NCBI GenBank assembly: GCA_963719225.1
Contig: CAVRAY010000001.1
Span: 576,001-640,000 of the forward strand
Direction: 5' to 3'
DNA: 64,000 nucleotides
From: Thermoanaerobaculia bacterium
GTDB taxonomy: Bacteria > Acidobacteriota > Thermoanaerobaculia > UBA5066
The number at the start of each line of letters is the position of its first letter. The first letter of the stretch is position 1. Under the pieces are notes generated by a model, which saw only the letters and a program-made list of their open reading frames with translations, was not told where the DNA came from and did not search any database. Positions 1-10,117 of the stretch are shown here, in pieces. The position numbers and the translations under genes were made by a program.

Positions 1-440
1 GTGACCGCGAGGGCATCGAGGTCGTCCCGGCCCGGGGAAAACAGCGCGAGGAGAAGCGGTTTCACGTGATCGCCGCGCCGCCCGCGCGTCCCGGACTCGA
101 GGTCGTACTCCAGCGTCGAGAAACCCGCGGCACGGCAAGCGGCGGCGACGGCTTCCGCGGCCAGCGGAGCTCGCCCGAGGTTCGTGTGCAGCAGGACGCC
201 CGTCGCGTTCACGACGCGACGCGGCCCCGCGGGAAGCCTCGTCTCGAGCGTCCGGGCGGCCGCCGCCAGAATCGAATCGGCCGCTTCGCCCTCCCTCGGA
301 GTCTCTGCGCGCCACCGGTCGGCGGCCTCGCGGAGGGCCTGCTTGGCGCGGGCGCGTCCGTGCCGGTCGGCCAGCGCCTTTCCGGGGGCGCTCTCGAGGA
401 GGCGGTCCATGGCGGGAGGCCGGGGAGGCTCGGGATCCAT
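1..440 (-). CDS. selA: L-seryl-tRNA(Sec) selenium transferase, N-terminal part (runs off the window)
   Basis: Not in the ORF track. Manual translation from ATG 440 gives MDPEPPRPPAMDRLL...RVVNATGVLLHTNLGRAPL...FSTLEYDLESGTRGRRG, the SelA signature. Confidence 0.93.
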   Translation of the reverse strand, partial: MDPEPPRPPAMDRLLESAPGKALADRHGRARAKQALREAADRWRAETPREGEAADSILAAAARTLETRLPAGPRRVVNATGVLLHTNLGRAPLAAEAVAAACRAAGFSTLEYDLESGTRGRRGDHVKPLLLALFSPGRDDLDALAV

Positions 441-469
441 GCGCGCCGAATGTAGACTACTTTTCGACG

Positions 470-1069
470 ATGGCCTTCTCGATCGCACGCGACCTCGACC
501 TGCTCGACAAGAGCATCTCCTCCCTCAAGCTGGATTACGAGCGCTTCTTCTCGGGCGATCTGAAGGTCCCTCCTCTGCCTGCCCGCAAGAGCGTCGAGCA
601 GGTGCTCCGGCGGGTCGGCAACGTATCTCCCGAGAGGGCGGAGGAGCGATTCCGGCTGCAGGCCCTCCAGAGCCGCTTCACGACGCTCTCGGAGCTGTGG
701 GAGAAGCGTCTCGTAGCCCGGGAGGAGGGCCGTACGATGGTCCGGCCGCCGATCCACGTTGTCTCGGCGGCACGCCCGTCCCCGGCCCCGCCTCCCTCGA
801 GCGACGCACGGGCGTCGGGCTCCGTAAGAACCTCCGGACGGGGCGACCTGAGGTCTCTCTTCGACCGGTACTGCGCGGCCCGCGCGGCAGCCGGCGAGGA
901 TGCCTCGCGCCTCCGCTACGATCGATTCGAGGAGCTCGTGAAAAAGCAGGCCGCCGAGATCCGGAGAGCGACGGGCGCGACGCGCCTCGCCTTCGACGTG
1001 CAGACACGGGACGGCAAGGTGCGCCTCGTCGGCCGCTCCCTGCCGGCCCCGCCGAAAGGAACCTCATGA
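470..1069 (+). CDS. MXAN_5187 C-terminal domain-like protein
   Basis: LKLDYERFFSG...RFRLQALQSRFTTLSELW and LFDRYCAAR...LRYDRF...FDVQTRDGKVRL resemble this myxobacterial family (from memory, no search run). Confidence 0.6.
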   Translation: MAFSIARDLDLLDKSISSLKLDYERFFSGDLKVPPLPARKSVEQVLRRVGNVSPERAEERFRLQALQSRFTTLSELWEKRLVAREEGRTMVRPPIHVVSAARPSPAPPPSSDARASGSVRTSGRGDLRSLFDRYCAARAAAGEDASRLRYDRFEELVKKQAAEIRRATGATRLAFDVQTRDGKVRLVGRSLPAPPKGTS

Positions 1070-2067
1070 AGGCCCATCGCCGCGCTCTTTTTGCCGGCGC
1101 ATTCGCCCTGTGCCTCTTGGCGTCCGGGCCGCTCGCCGCCCGCGACGTCTATCGGGGCTTTCTCGATCCCTCGAATCCGCAGCACCGGGCGACTCTCGAC
1201 CTCCTCGAGCGCCTCGAGAAGACGCCGAACGACGCTTCGCTCCACAACGACCTCGCGTGCCTCATCGCGCGCGACGGCTATTGGCGCGACGCCCTGAGGG
1301 AGTTCGCTGTCGCCGCGAAGCTCGACAAGACCGACACCCGCCCGCTCTTCAACGCCGGCCTCGTCCACGCGATGCGCGGTGAATGGGCGAGCGCGGCCTC
1401 CTCGTTCCGCAAGGCTGTCTCGCGCGGGCCCGGCAACTGGGCCGGCTGGTGGATGCTCGGATTCGCCGAGGAGCAGCGTGGCAACGAATCCGCCGCCGTT
1501 GCGGCGTACAAGGCCTCTCTTCGCGTCGACACGTCGCTGTTCGACGTGCGGAGAAACCCTTATGCGGCGCGCACGCGCCTGAAAGGACGCGTTCTCCTCG
1601 AATCGCTGGATTCCCGCGTTCTTCGTCTCGCGCTCCCGGCGACCGAGCAGATGGCGCAGCCCGACCTCGTGACCTCGTTCCAGGGCGGTCACGTCGCGGT
1701 CCATGCAGTTTCCGGAGCTCCCGTTCCGGGTGCGCCTGCCCCGCCTCCGCCCGCGCCGCCCGGCGGCGCGGTTTCGGACTCGAGACCGGGGCCGATCGGT
1801 CCGGTCGTCACGTCGGTGCCTCCCGTCAGCTCGAGCCGCCCGGCGCCGCCGCCGGTCTCGAACGTGTCGACGCCGCCGCCGGTGCCGACCGTCACCCGGG
1901 CGAACGAACCGATCCCGTCGGACTTCCCCGAGCAGTCCCCTGCGGGCCCCGCGCCGGCAAGGCGGCCGCGGCCGAGCCGCGGCGGGAACGAGGACGCTCC
2001 GGTCGAGACTCACACTCCGGTTCCGACTCCGACTCCGCGGCCGGCCGGACCCGGCGTGGGGTTCTAG
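1066..2067 (+). CDS. Secreted TPR-repeat protein with a Pro-rich C-terminal tail
   Basis: ATG 1066 overlaps the upstream TGA (ATGA). Signal peptide MKAHRRALFAGAFALCLLASGPLAA; TPR-like units (LHNDLACLI, LFNAGLVH, WWMLGFAE). Confidence 0.75.
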   Translation: MKAHRRALFAGAFALCLLASGPLAARDVYRGFLDPSNPQHRATLDLLERLEKTPNDASLHNDLACLIARDGYWRDALREFAVAAKLDKTDTRPLFNAGLVHAMRGEWASAASSFRKAVSRGPGNWAGWWMLGFAEEQRGNESAAVAAYKASLRVDTSLFDVRRNPYAARTRLKGRVLLESLDSRVLRLALPATEQMAQPDLVTSFQGGHVAVHAVSGAPVPGAPAPPPPAPPGGAVSDSRPGPIGPVVTSVPPVSSSRPAPPPVSNVSTPPPVPTVTRANEPIPSDFPEQSPAGPAPARRPRPSRGGNEDAPVETHTPVPTPTPRPAGPGVGF

Positions 2068-2068
2068 A

Positions 2069-3409
2069 TCAAGCGCCCTTCCACTTCGGGATGAACAGGG
2101 TGGGCGAGCCGGCGCCGCCGGAGCCCGAAGGCACGAACTTGAGGTCGTCTCCCACCGCCTCGACGGCACGCAGGAGCTCCGACAGGCGACCTTCCACGAG
2201 CGTCTCGGAGACGGCCTCGGCCGCCCGGCCTTTTTCCACCCAGTAGCCCGCGGCATGCAGGCGAAACCGGTCCGTGGCGAAGTCCACCTCGGGCCGGGAA
2301 AGCAGAACCGCCGCGTAGAAGCCGCGGGCGAGCGCGCGAAGGAGCTCCAGCGGGGCGACGCCCCGCGAGGGGTCCACGAAGAAGTTCGTGACGCCGATCG
2401 TGGGCGGGTCGGCGTAGGTCCGCCGTATCGCGTTTCCCGTCGGAGGTGCTTCGAGCCGGATCGCCGCCGCCCAGTCCGAAAGCCGTCCCGCCGCGATCCC
2501 GCAGGACACGAGGACCGTGCGGGCATGGGGCGTTCCCTCGCCGTCGTGCGTCGCCTTCACCGGACCGCCCGGCGCCGATGCGTCGTCGACCAGAGTGAAG
2601 GAAGGCGAGGCGAAGGCATCTCGTCCGTTCCGCGTGCGCGAGGCGAGAAGCGCATCTCCCTCGTCGCCGAAGAAGGCCGGCGCGAGGCGCCCCACGATCG
2701 GCGCCGCGACGTTCGGGTCCAGCAGCAGGTCGCCGCGCGCGGACGCGAGCGGTCGTCCCCGAAGGGGAAGGAGCGCGCGGTCGACCGCCTGATGGGCGAG
2801 GCGCGCGAGGAAGAGCTCCTCGGGCCGTGACGCCGACGCGAGAACGCGTGCCGAGACGCTGCCGGCGGGTGTGCGCCCGGTGACGCTCGCGACGAGCGTG
2901 GCGATTCCGCTGCCGAAGGAAACGTCGCGTCCGGCCGTCGTCGCGACGCGTTCCGTGCGCGCGCCGACGGTGAGGATCGCCTCGGTCAGGGACACCGCCC
3001 CTTCCCCCTCCGCAAGCAGCGCGCCGCGGAACGATGCGAGGAGCGCCCGCGCGGAAGCTTCGTCCGGCGGCGCGGGCGCGGAGATCGCCGAACCGCGGTC
3101 GAGCGCCACCGGCCCCGCCGCGCGGGTTCCGCGGCGCGCCCGTGCGCGGCCGAGGACCAGCCTCGCTTCGAAGGGAAGGCGGTTCACGGCCTCGGGCGGA
3201 GACGCCGCGAAGGCGGTGCGTCCCGACCGGAAGAGGCGCAGCGCGAAACCGCGCTCGGCGACGACCGACAGCCGGGAGCCCTCCGCGTCCTCGACGAGCT
3301 CGATCGACGTTCCATGGCGCTCGTAGGCTTCGGCGGACTCGCCCGCCGCGACGTCGCACTGCGCCTCCGCGAGAAGACGCTCGAGCATCCCGTCGCGTCC
3401 CGGGCTCAA
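2069..3409 (-). CDS. TldD/PmbA family protein, PmbA/TldE-like subunit
   Basis: DGEGTP, GNAIR and GSPTL motifs, no HExxH; TTGA overlap with the tldD-like gene. Confidence 0.8.
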   Translation of the reverse strand: MSPGRDGMLERLLAEAQCDVAAGESAEAYERHGTSIELVEDAEGSRLSVVAERGFALRLFRSGRTAFAASPPEAVNRLPFEARLVLGRARARRGTRAAGPVALDRGSAISAPAPPDEASARALLASFRGALLAEGEGAVSLTEAILTVGARTERVATTAGRDVSFGSGIATLVASVTGRTPAGSVSARVLASASRPEELFLARLAHQAVDRALLPLRGRPLASARGDLLLDPNVAAPIVGRLAPAFFGDEGDALLASRTRNGRDAFASPSFTLVDDASAPGGPVKATHDGEGTPHARTVLVSCGIAAGRLSDWAAAIRLEAPPTGNAIRRTYADPPTIGVTNFFVDPSRGVAPLELLRALARGFYAAVLLSRPEVDFATDRFRLHAAGYWVEKGRAAEAVSETLVEGRLSELLRAVEAVGDDLKFVPSGSGGAGSPTLFIPKWKGA

Positions 3410-4761
3410 GCGCGGCCTCGCACCGCGGTCAGGCCGCGGATGAGAATCGCGGGCGACGCGCCGCCGACGGCGACTCCCTCACCCCCCTTGATGCAGAGAC
3501 CGAGACCGTTCGCGGGATGCGAGACGTCGCCGCTCTCCACGTGGAGCTGGCGCAACGCCGAAAGGACGTCCGACGTGAGCGCGAACGGGCCAAGGGGCGC
3601 ACCGATCGCCCCCCGGCGCACGAGGTCGGCGCTTTCGACGAAGAGCGTGAAACGGCCCGACTCCGGGTCCGCGTGGGCGGCCGAGATCTCCCGCACGTAG
3701 AGCCCGCTCCCGCAGGCCGCGAGGAGCTCGTCGCGGGACGCGCGTCCCGGCGAGATCACCAGGTTGGAGAGGCGCGGCCGCGGCGGACGGCGGAAGTCGC
3801 CGCAGCGCGCGTGCCCGTTCGACGCGCGGCCTGCGGTCCGGCGGTCCGTCAGGAGGCCGTCCACGCACCCGTCGGTCAGAAGCGCGACCGGCCGCGCGGC
3901 CGTGCCCTCGTCGTCCGCGAGATACGAGCCGGGGAGGTCGCCACGCGTCGGGTCCGCCGTGACGAAAACGCCGGCGGGCGCGACCGCGGCGCGCGCGACA
4001 CGCGTCAGGACGGAGCCCCGCTCTCCGCCTTCCGCTTCGAGCGGGTGGCCGACCGCCTCGTGCCAGAAGACGGACGCGGCGCCGGGCGAGAAGACGACGT
4101 CCACCCGCCCTTCGGCGGCCCGGTGCGTCGGGACGGGCCGCGCGGCTTCGGACAACGCCCGCGCGAAGGCATCGAGCGCCGGAGCCCAGGGTGAAGACGT
4201 CTGGAAGGCGAACGGCCGGGCCGCGTGCGCGCGCCTGAGAACGCCCGTCGCCTCGAGGCGCCGGACCGTTCCGCACGACACGATCTCGCGGGCCGTCACG
4301 ACCGCGCGCGAGACGAGAACGCGCGCGACGGTGAGCGAGAGCGAAAGCCCGCGCGGGTCGGGCAGCGCCCGGTGGAGCGCGGCGCCGAGCTGCGCGGCGC
4401 GCTCCTCCTCGTCTCCAGCCGAGGCTTCGGCTTCGGTGCGCGCCCGCGACGCTCCGCGCGATTTCAGGAAAGGCGATCCGCCCGCGCGGCGCGAGGCCTC
4501 GCGCACCGCCTCGCGAAGCGCCTCGGGCCCGTCTCCTTCGCGCGCGACGAGAAGGGACTCGCGGCCGCGCCTGAGGCGCACGGCGGTGCCACGCTCGTCG
4601 ATGAACGCGGGCGCGAGGAGCCCTGCCTCGGTCGCGGTCCACGAAGCGCGTGTCCTCCTCTCGCGAAAAGCCTCGCCGCTCTCCCCCCGGCGCAGCAATC
4701 CCGAGACGATCCGGACCGCATCCTCGGCGTCCTGGCGGAAGACCTCGACGACGTCGCTCAA
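3406..4761 (-). CDS. TldD family metalloprotease
   Basis: HEAVGHPLE zinc motif, DDEG, RLSN and GLCIKGG. Start placed at TTG 4761, 9 nt after a TACAAT -10 box. Confidence 0.8.
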   Translation of the reverse strand: MSDVVEVFRQDAEDAVRIVSGLLRRGESGEAFRERRTRASWTATEAGLLAPAFIDERGTAVRLRRGRESLLVAREGDGPEALREAVREASRRAGGSPFLKSRGASRARTEAEASAGDEEERAAQLGAALHRALPDPRGLSLSLTVARVLVSRAVVTAREIVSCGTVRRLEATGVLRRAHAARPFAFQTSSPWAPALDAFARALSEAARPVPTHRAAEGRVDVVFSPGAASVFWHEAVGHPLEAEGGERGSVLTRVARAAVAPAGVFVTADPTRGDLPGSYLADDEGTAARPVALLTDGCVDGLLTDRRTAGRASNGHARCGDFRRPPRPRLSNLVISPGRASRDELLAACGSGLYVREISAAHADPESGRFTLFVESADLVRRGAIGAPLGPFALTSDVLSALRQLHVESGDVSHPANGLGLCIKGGEGVAVGGASPAILIRGLTAVRGRA

Positions 4762-4830
4762 CGAGAGGGGATTGTAGGAGCGGAGAGGATCCGCGACACG
4801 GCACGCACGGCAGGCGTATACCTCGTGCAG

Positions 4831-6195
4831 ATGCCCTCGCACATCTGGCTCGTCCTGGCGCTGACGGCTGCTGCGGCAGAACCGCCGGCGGCCTTCTCGG
4901 TCCGGGTCTTCCCACTCGTCGATTCGAGGGCAGGCGGCTGGCGCATTCAGCTTCTCGAGGAATCCGCGGACGGCCGCAAGCCGATCGACGAAGGCCCGGT
5001 GCGCGCCGACGGCAGCTGGGAATCGCGTGCCGTCCACAGCGGCGGACGCTATCGCGTGCGGGTCATGACGGCGGCCGGCGAGGGCTGGTACGCCGACGAG
5101 AAACCCTTCGAGTGGGATGGAACGGACCGCGTCCGGGAGGTGCGGCTCGGCTCGAGCGCGTTCCGCGGCACGCTCTTCCTCGGAAGAAAGCGCCTCTCGG
5201 CGCGCGTGACCTTCATGGACCGCGACGGCCTCGTCGCCGTCCCTTTTCCACGAGGACGGACGGTACCTTCGAGGGCGTCCTCCCGCGCGACGGCTGGTGG
5301 AACGTAACCGTCGTCTCGGACCGTCCGCACTTCCAGACCACGTTCGACGTGAAAGTTGATCCCGTCTTCCGGGACGGCACGCCTCCCGACGTCGAGATCC
5401 GGGTCGCGAGCAAAATGATTCAGGGCGAGATCGTGGATCTCCGGAACGTGCGTGTTCCCGTCGCCTCGCTTTCCGTATCCGGCTTTCCGGAGCCCATGAA
5501 CGTCGAAGGAGGCTGGTTCACGTGGGACAAGGTCGTCGACGGGTGGATGACGGTTCACGCCACGGCGCGAGGATTGAACGGGTTCGATTCGTCTCCCTTC
5601 CGAAAGATCCACGTCTCCGGGGGCTGGGTCGATCCGGGTTTCCTGTCCCTGGAGATCCGCCCGACGTACGTCCTTCACGGGCGCGCCGTTCTTCCTTCGG
5701 GCGAGCCGGCCGCCGGCGCGCGCATCCGGATCGTCTCTTCACCCTTCTACGAAATCCGAACGACCCCCGCCGACGGCCGATTCCAGATGACAATCCGAGG
5801 CGGCGGCGAGAACGCATGCCTTCTCGTCGTGGATTCTTCGAAGGCGGCGCGGCTCGTTCCGGTTCCCGCCTCGGAGACGGAGCAGGACGTGCCGGTGGCC
5901 GTCGCGCCCGGCACCCTCTCGCTGGAATTCACGCCGCGTGGCGAGCGTCGGATCGGAACGCTCGTCGCCAACGGCTGCAAGCTCTCGTGGGTTCAGTTCT
6001 CGCGAACTCCCGCAGATCGCCTCCGGCTCCACGGCCACGGTGACGAAGTCGACGTTCCGGGCGTCCGCGGGGGCGTATGCGATCTGCGGGCTCGAGCCGT
6101 GGGACTTCGACGAGGACGCCGAGATCCCGCCCGACGCGTGCGTGTCGGGAACGCTCGCGCCGGGCGGAACCCTCGGCCTGCGACTCAATCCCTGA
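4831..6195 (+). pseudogene. Secreted beta-sandwich (carboxypeptidase-regulatory-like) protein broken by two frameshifts
   Basis: Signal peptide MPSHIWLVLALTAAAA. The coding frame switches near 5247 (CCCCTTTT run) and near 6000, then ends ...CVSGTLAPGGTLGLRLNP*. May be an assembly error. Confidence 0.6.
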
Positions 6196-6236
6196 GCGCG
6201 CAGATCGCGCGCCGTGTGCGATATCCTCGCCGGCTC

Positions 6237-6515
6237 ATGGCCCTTTCCGACGTTCGCCTTTCGGCGCAGGCCGCTTTCGTGGCGCGCCGGCTGCTCGCAG
6301 AAAAGATGGTCAAGGCCTCCTCGGTGGCCGACGTGCGGCACGCGCTCGAGGCGGCGCTCCTCGAGGACCGCGACCGGGAGCGGGCGCTCGACGAAGAGGT
6401 GAAGAGGATCCTCGAGAAGAACGCGGCGACGATTCGCGGCGCGAACGTCGACTACGCGGAGATGTTCCGGAAGGCGAAGAGAATGCTCGCCGAGAAGAAG
6501 AAAATCCCCCTCTGA
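6237..6515 (+). CDS. DUF507 family protein
   Basis: 92 aa, ERALDEEVKRIL...VDYAEMFRKAKRMLAEKKKIPL, a typical DUF507 pattern. Confidence 0.75.
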   Translation: MALSDVRLSAQAAFVARRLLAEKMVKASSVADVRHALEAALLEDRDRERALDEEVKRILEKNAATIRGANVDYAEMFRKAKRMLAEKKKIPL

Positions 6516-6524
6516 GGGAGCGTC

Positions 6525-8087
6525 ATGCCACGTTCGATCGAAAACCGGCTGCTCGCCCTCGAGGCTCTTCGCGCGAAGGCGCGGGCCGGAGGCGGCCCCG
6601 CGCGCCGCGAGAAACAGCACAAGGCGGGGAAGCTCACGGCCCTGGAACGGGTCGAGCTCCTCGGCGATCCGGGATCCTTCGAGGAGATGGACACGTTCGT
6701 CGTCCACCGCTGCCGCGATTTCGGGATGGACGACGCCGCGAACGAGATTCCGGGCGACGGCGTGGTCGCGGGCGTCGTGCGTGTCGAGGGCCGCCCCGTC
6801 TTCGTCTTCGCGCAGGACTTCACGGTTTTCGGCGGGTCGCTGTCGGAGACGAACGCCGCGAAGATCTGCAAGGTCATGGACCTCGCGATGAAGGTGGGCG
6901 CGCCCGTCGTGGGCCTCAACGACTCGGGCGGCGCGCGCATCCAGGAAGGCGTCGTCTCTCTCGGGGGCTACGCCGACATCTTCCTGCGCAACACGCTCGC
7001 GTCCGGCGTCGTCCCGCAGATCTCGGCGGTGCTCGGCCCCTGCGCGGGCGGGGCCGTCTACTCGCCGGCGATCACGGACTTCGTCCTCATGGTGCGGGGC
7101 ACGAGCTCGATGTTCGTGACCGGGCCGGACGTCATCAAGACCGTCACGCACGAGGACGTCACGAAGGAAACCCTCGGCGGCGCCGATACGCACGCGGCCG
7201 TCTCGGGCGTCGCGCACATCGTCGCCGACTCGGACGCGGACTGCCTCCAGAAGATCCGCACGCTCCTCTCGTTCCTTCCCTCGAACAACCGCGAGGATCC
7301 TCCCCGCCGCGAGACCTCGGATCCCCCGGACCGCGAGGATCCCGAGCTGGACCACCTCGTCCCGTCCTCGCCGAACCAGCCCTACGACATGATCGGGCTC
7401 ATCCGGCACGTCGTGGACGACGGCGATCTCTTCGAGATCCACGCCGACTACGCGAAGAACATCGTCGTCGGCTTCGCGCGGCTGGGCGGCAAGCCCGTCG
7501 GGATCGTCGCGAACCAGCCGGACCATCTCGCGGGCGTCCTCGACATCGACGCCTCGGTCAAGGGCGCGCGCTTCGTGCGCTTCTGCGACGCCTTCAACGT
7601 TCCGCTCGTGACGTTCGAGGACGTGCCCGGCTTCCTGCCGGGGACGAAGCAGGAGTTCGGCGGCATCATCCGCCACGGCGCCAAGCTCCTCTACGCGTTC
7701 GCCGAGGCCACGGTCCCGAAGCTCACGGTCATCACGCGCAAGGCGTATGGCGGCGCGTACTGCGTCATGTCCTCCAAGCACATCCGGACGGACTTCAACT
7801 TCGCCTTTCCGACCGCGGAAATCGCGGTCATGGGCGCGGAAGGCGCCGTCAACATCCTCTACGGGCGCGAGCTGGCGGCCGCGACCGACCCGGTGGAAAC
7901 GCGCCGCGGGAAGGTCGAGGAATACCAGGACGCCTTCGCGAACCCGTGGGTGGCGGCGCGGCGCGGCTACGTGGACGACGTGATCGCGCCTCGCACGGCG
8001 CGGCGGCGCCTCATCCGGGCGCTCGACCTCCTCGGGAACAAGCGCGACACGATGCCGCCGAAGAAACACGGCAACATTCCGCTGTGA
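6525..8087 (+). CDS. pccB: Acyl-CoA (propionyl-CoA) carboxylase, carboxyltransferase beta subunit
   Basis: [36 protein letters not shown] and KKHGNIPL motifs. Confidence 0.93.
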   Translation: MPRSIENRLLALEALRAKARAGGGPARREKQHKAGKLTALERVELLGDPGSFEEMDTFVVHRCRDFGMDDAANEIPGDGVVAGVVRVEGRPVFVFAQDFTVFGGSLSETNAAKICKVMDLAMKVGAPVVGLNDSGGARIQEGVVSLGGYADIFLRNTLASGVVPQISAVLGPCAGGAVYSPAITDFVLMVRGTSSMFVTGPDVIKTVTHEDVTKETLGGADTHAAVSGVAHIVADSDADCLQKIRTLLSFLPSNNREDPPRRETSDPPDREDPELDHLVPSSPNQPYDMIGLIRHVVDDGDLFEIHADYAKNIVVGFARLGGKPVGIVANQPDHLAGVLDIDASVKGARFVRFCDAFNVPLVTFEDVPGFLPGTKQEFGGIIRHGAKLLYAFAEATVPKLTVITRKAYGGAYCVMSSKHIRTDFNFAFPTAEIAVMGAEGAVNILYGRELAAATDPVETRRGKVEEYQDAFANPWVAARRGYVDDVIAPRTARRRLIRALDLLGNKRDTMPPKKHGNIPL

Positions 8088-9580
8088 CCCGCCTCCTCAT
8101 CGCGAACCGCGGCGAGATCGCCATCCGGATCATCCGCGCCTGCCGGGATCTCGGGATCTCTCCCGTCGCCGTCTATTCCGAGGCGGACCGGACCGCTCTT
8201 CACGTGCGGCTCGCGGACTGGGCCGTTCCGATCGGCCCGGCGCCCGCGCGCGAGTCCTATCTCGTCGTGGAGAAGATTCTCGACGCGGCGAAGAAGACCG
8301 GCGCCACGATGCTCCATCCGGGCTACGGGTTCCTCTCGGAGAACGCGGCCTTCGCGCGAAGCGTCGTCGAGGCGGGTCTCACGTGGGTCGGCCCGTCGCC
8401 CGACTCCATCGCCGCCATGGGAAGCAAGACCGAGTCGCGAAGGCGGGTTCTGGCGGCAGGAGTCCCGATCGTGCCGGGCATGACGACGCCGGCCAGGTCC
8501 GCGGAGGAGATCGCCGAATTCGGGAGGGAGAACGGCTTTCCGCTCCTCCTCAAGGCCGCGGCGGGCGGCGGCGGGAAGGGGATGCGTGTCGTGAGGAGCG
8601 CCGGAGAGGTCCCCGAGGCGTTCGCGCGCGCGCGCGGCGAGGCGCGCTCCTACTTCGCCGACGACGCCGTGTACGCGGAGCTCTTCGTCGAGCACCCGCG
8701 GCACGTCGAGGTCCAGGTCCTCGGCGATGCGACGGGGCGCATCATCGCCGTGGGCGAGCGCGAGTGCTCGCTCCAGAGGCGGCATCAGAAGGTCTTCGAG
8801 GAATGCCCCTCGGCCGCGGTCGGCCCCGAGCTTCGCGCGCGCATGGAAGCCGTCGCCGTCGCGGCGGCGAAATCCGTGGATTACGTCTCTGCCGGGACGG
8901 TGGAGTTCCTCCTCGCGAAGGACGGGCGCTTCTTCTTCCTCGAGATGAACACCCGGATCCAGGTCGAGCATCCCGTGACGGAGATGGTGTACGGAGTCGA
9001 CCTCGTGGCGGAGATGATCCGGATCGCGCGCGGCGAACCGATGTCCATTCGAGAGAAGCCGGCGCCGCGCGGCCACGCTATCCAGTGCCGCATCTACGCG
9101 GAGGATCCCGCGCACGGCTTCGCTCCCTCGCCCGGCCGCATCCTGCGCCTCAGAAGGCCGCAGGGGCCCGGCATCCGCGTCGACTCCGGCGTCGAGGGCG
9201 GCGACGTCGTGCCGCTCGACTACGATCCGATGATCGCGAAGTTCGTCGCCTGGGGAAGCGACCGCGACGAGGCCTTCCGGCGCATGCGCCGCGCGCTCGC
9301 CGAGTCGCGCGTCGACGGCATCGAAACGTCGATACCCTTTTTCCTGACCCTCCTCGAGGATCCGGACGTCGTGGCGAACCGCATCTCGACCCAGTTCCTC
9401 GACGGCTGGTCCTACGTTCCGAAGCGGCCGCCCGAGGACGTCGCCGCGGCTTCGATGGTCGCGGCCGCGCTCGAGACGATGGACGGCGCGAAGAAGCGGC
9501 GGCCGCCGGGCTCCTCCGGCTCCGGATCGGGCCCCGGCGCGTGGAGGACCGCGCGGACGTCCTTCGGGCTTCGCGAATGA
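8084..9580 (+). CDS. Biotin carboxylase subunit of an acyl-CoA carboxylase
   Basis: GTG 8084 (GTGA overlap); [50 protein letters not shown]. Confidence 0.93.
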   Translation: MTRLLIANRGEIAIRIIRACRDLGISPVAVYSEADRTALHVRLADWAVPIGPAPARESYLVVEKILDAAKKTGATMLHPGYGFLSENAAFARSVVEAGLTWVGPSPDSIAAMGSKTESRRRVLAAGVPIVPGMTTPARSAEEIAEFGRENGFPLLLKAAAGGGGKGMRVVRSAGEVPEAFARARGEARSYFADDAVYAELFVEHPRHVEVQVLGDATGRIIAVGERECSLQRRHQKVFEECPSAAVGPELRARMEAVAVAAAKSVDYVSAGTVEFLLAKDGRFFFLEMNTRIQVEHPVTEMVYGVDLVAEMIRIARGEPMSIREKPAPRGHAIQCRIYAEDPAHGFAPSPGRILRLRRPQGPGIRVDSGVEGGDVVPLDYDPMIAKFVAWGSDRDEAFRRMRRALAESRVDGIETSIPFFLTLLEDPDVVANRISTQFLDGWSYVPKRPPEDVAAASMVAAALETMDGAKKRRPPGSSGSGSGPGAWRTARTSFGLRE

Positions 9581-10101
9581 AGTTCCGCGCGAAGTTCTCC
9601 GATGACCAGGCCGGCCGCGCGCTCGACGTGACGGCCGGCTCCCCCTCGTTCGAGGCCACCCTGGAAGGCGTGCCGCTGGCCGGCGAGGCTCTGGCGGTGC
9701 GCGACGGCGTGTGGTCGCTGATCGGGCCTGACGGGAGACAGATCGAGGTGAGCGTGGCTTTCCATGCCGACGGGTCGGTTCGCGCTTACGCGGCGGGCTG
9801 CCTGTTCGCCTTCGAGCTCCTCGACGAGCTGACGGCGCGCGCGCTGGCGGCGACAGGGGGCAGATCGACGCGCCGCGTCGCCCACGCCGCGGCGGCGATG
9901 CCCGGGCGCGTCCTGAGGGTCCTCGTGACGCTGGGCGAGAAAGTCGTGCAGGGCCAGCCGCTTCTCGTTCTCGAAGCGATGAAGATGGAAAACGAAGTGA
10001 AGTCCCCGCGGGACGGCGTCATCTCCTCGATCGAGGCTTCGGCCGGGAAGGCGGTCTCGGCGGGCGACGTCCTCGTGAGGTTCGAAAGCGGCGGCGAGTG
10101 A
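9577..10101 (+). CDS. Biotin carboxyl carrier subunit
   Basis: ATGA overlap; MPGRV...LEAMKMENE biotinyl motif. Confidence 0.92.
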   Translation: MKFRAKFSDDQAGRALDVTAGSPSFEATLEGVPLAGEALAVRDGVWSLIGPDGRQIEVSVAFHADGSVRAYAAGCLFAFELLDELTARALAATGGRSTRRVAHAAAAMPGRVLRVLVTLGEKVVQGQPLLVLEAMKMENEVKSPRDGVISSIEASAGKAVSAGDVLVRFESGGE

Positions 10102-10117
10102 GGTTAACCTCCACCCC

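Noticed and set aside
6077-9580. Apparent large fusion ORFs in the track (6077-9580, 16479-19844, 37260-40037, 38261-41560, 184-2067)
   Set aside because: The N-terminal extensions are off-frame read-throughs of upstream genes; the true starts are at NTGA overlaps or short spacers.
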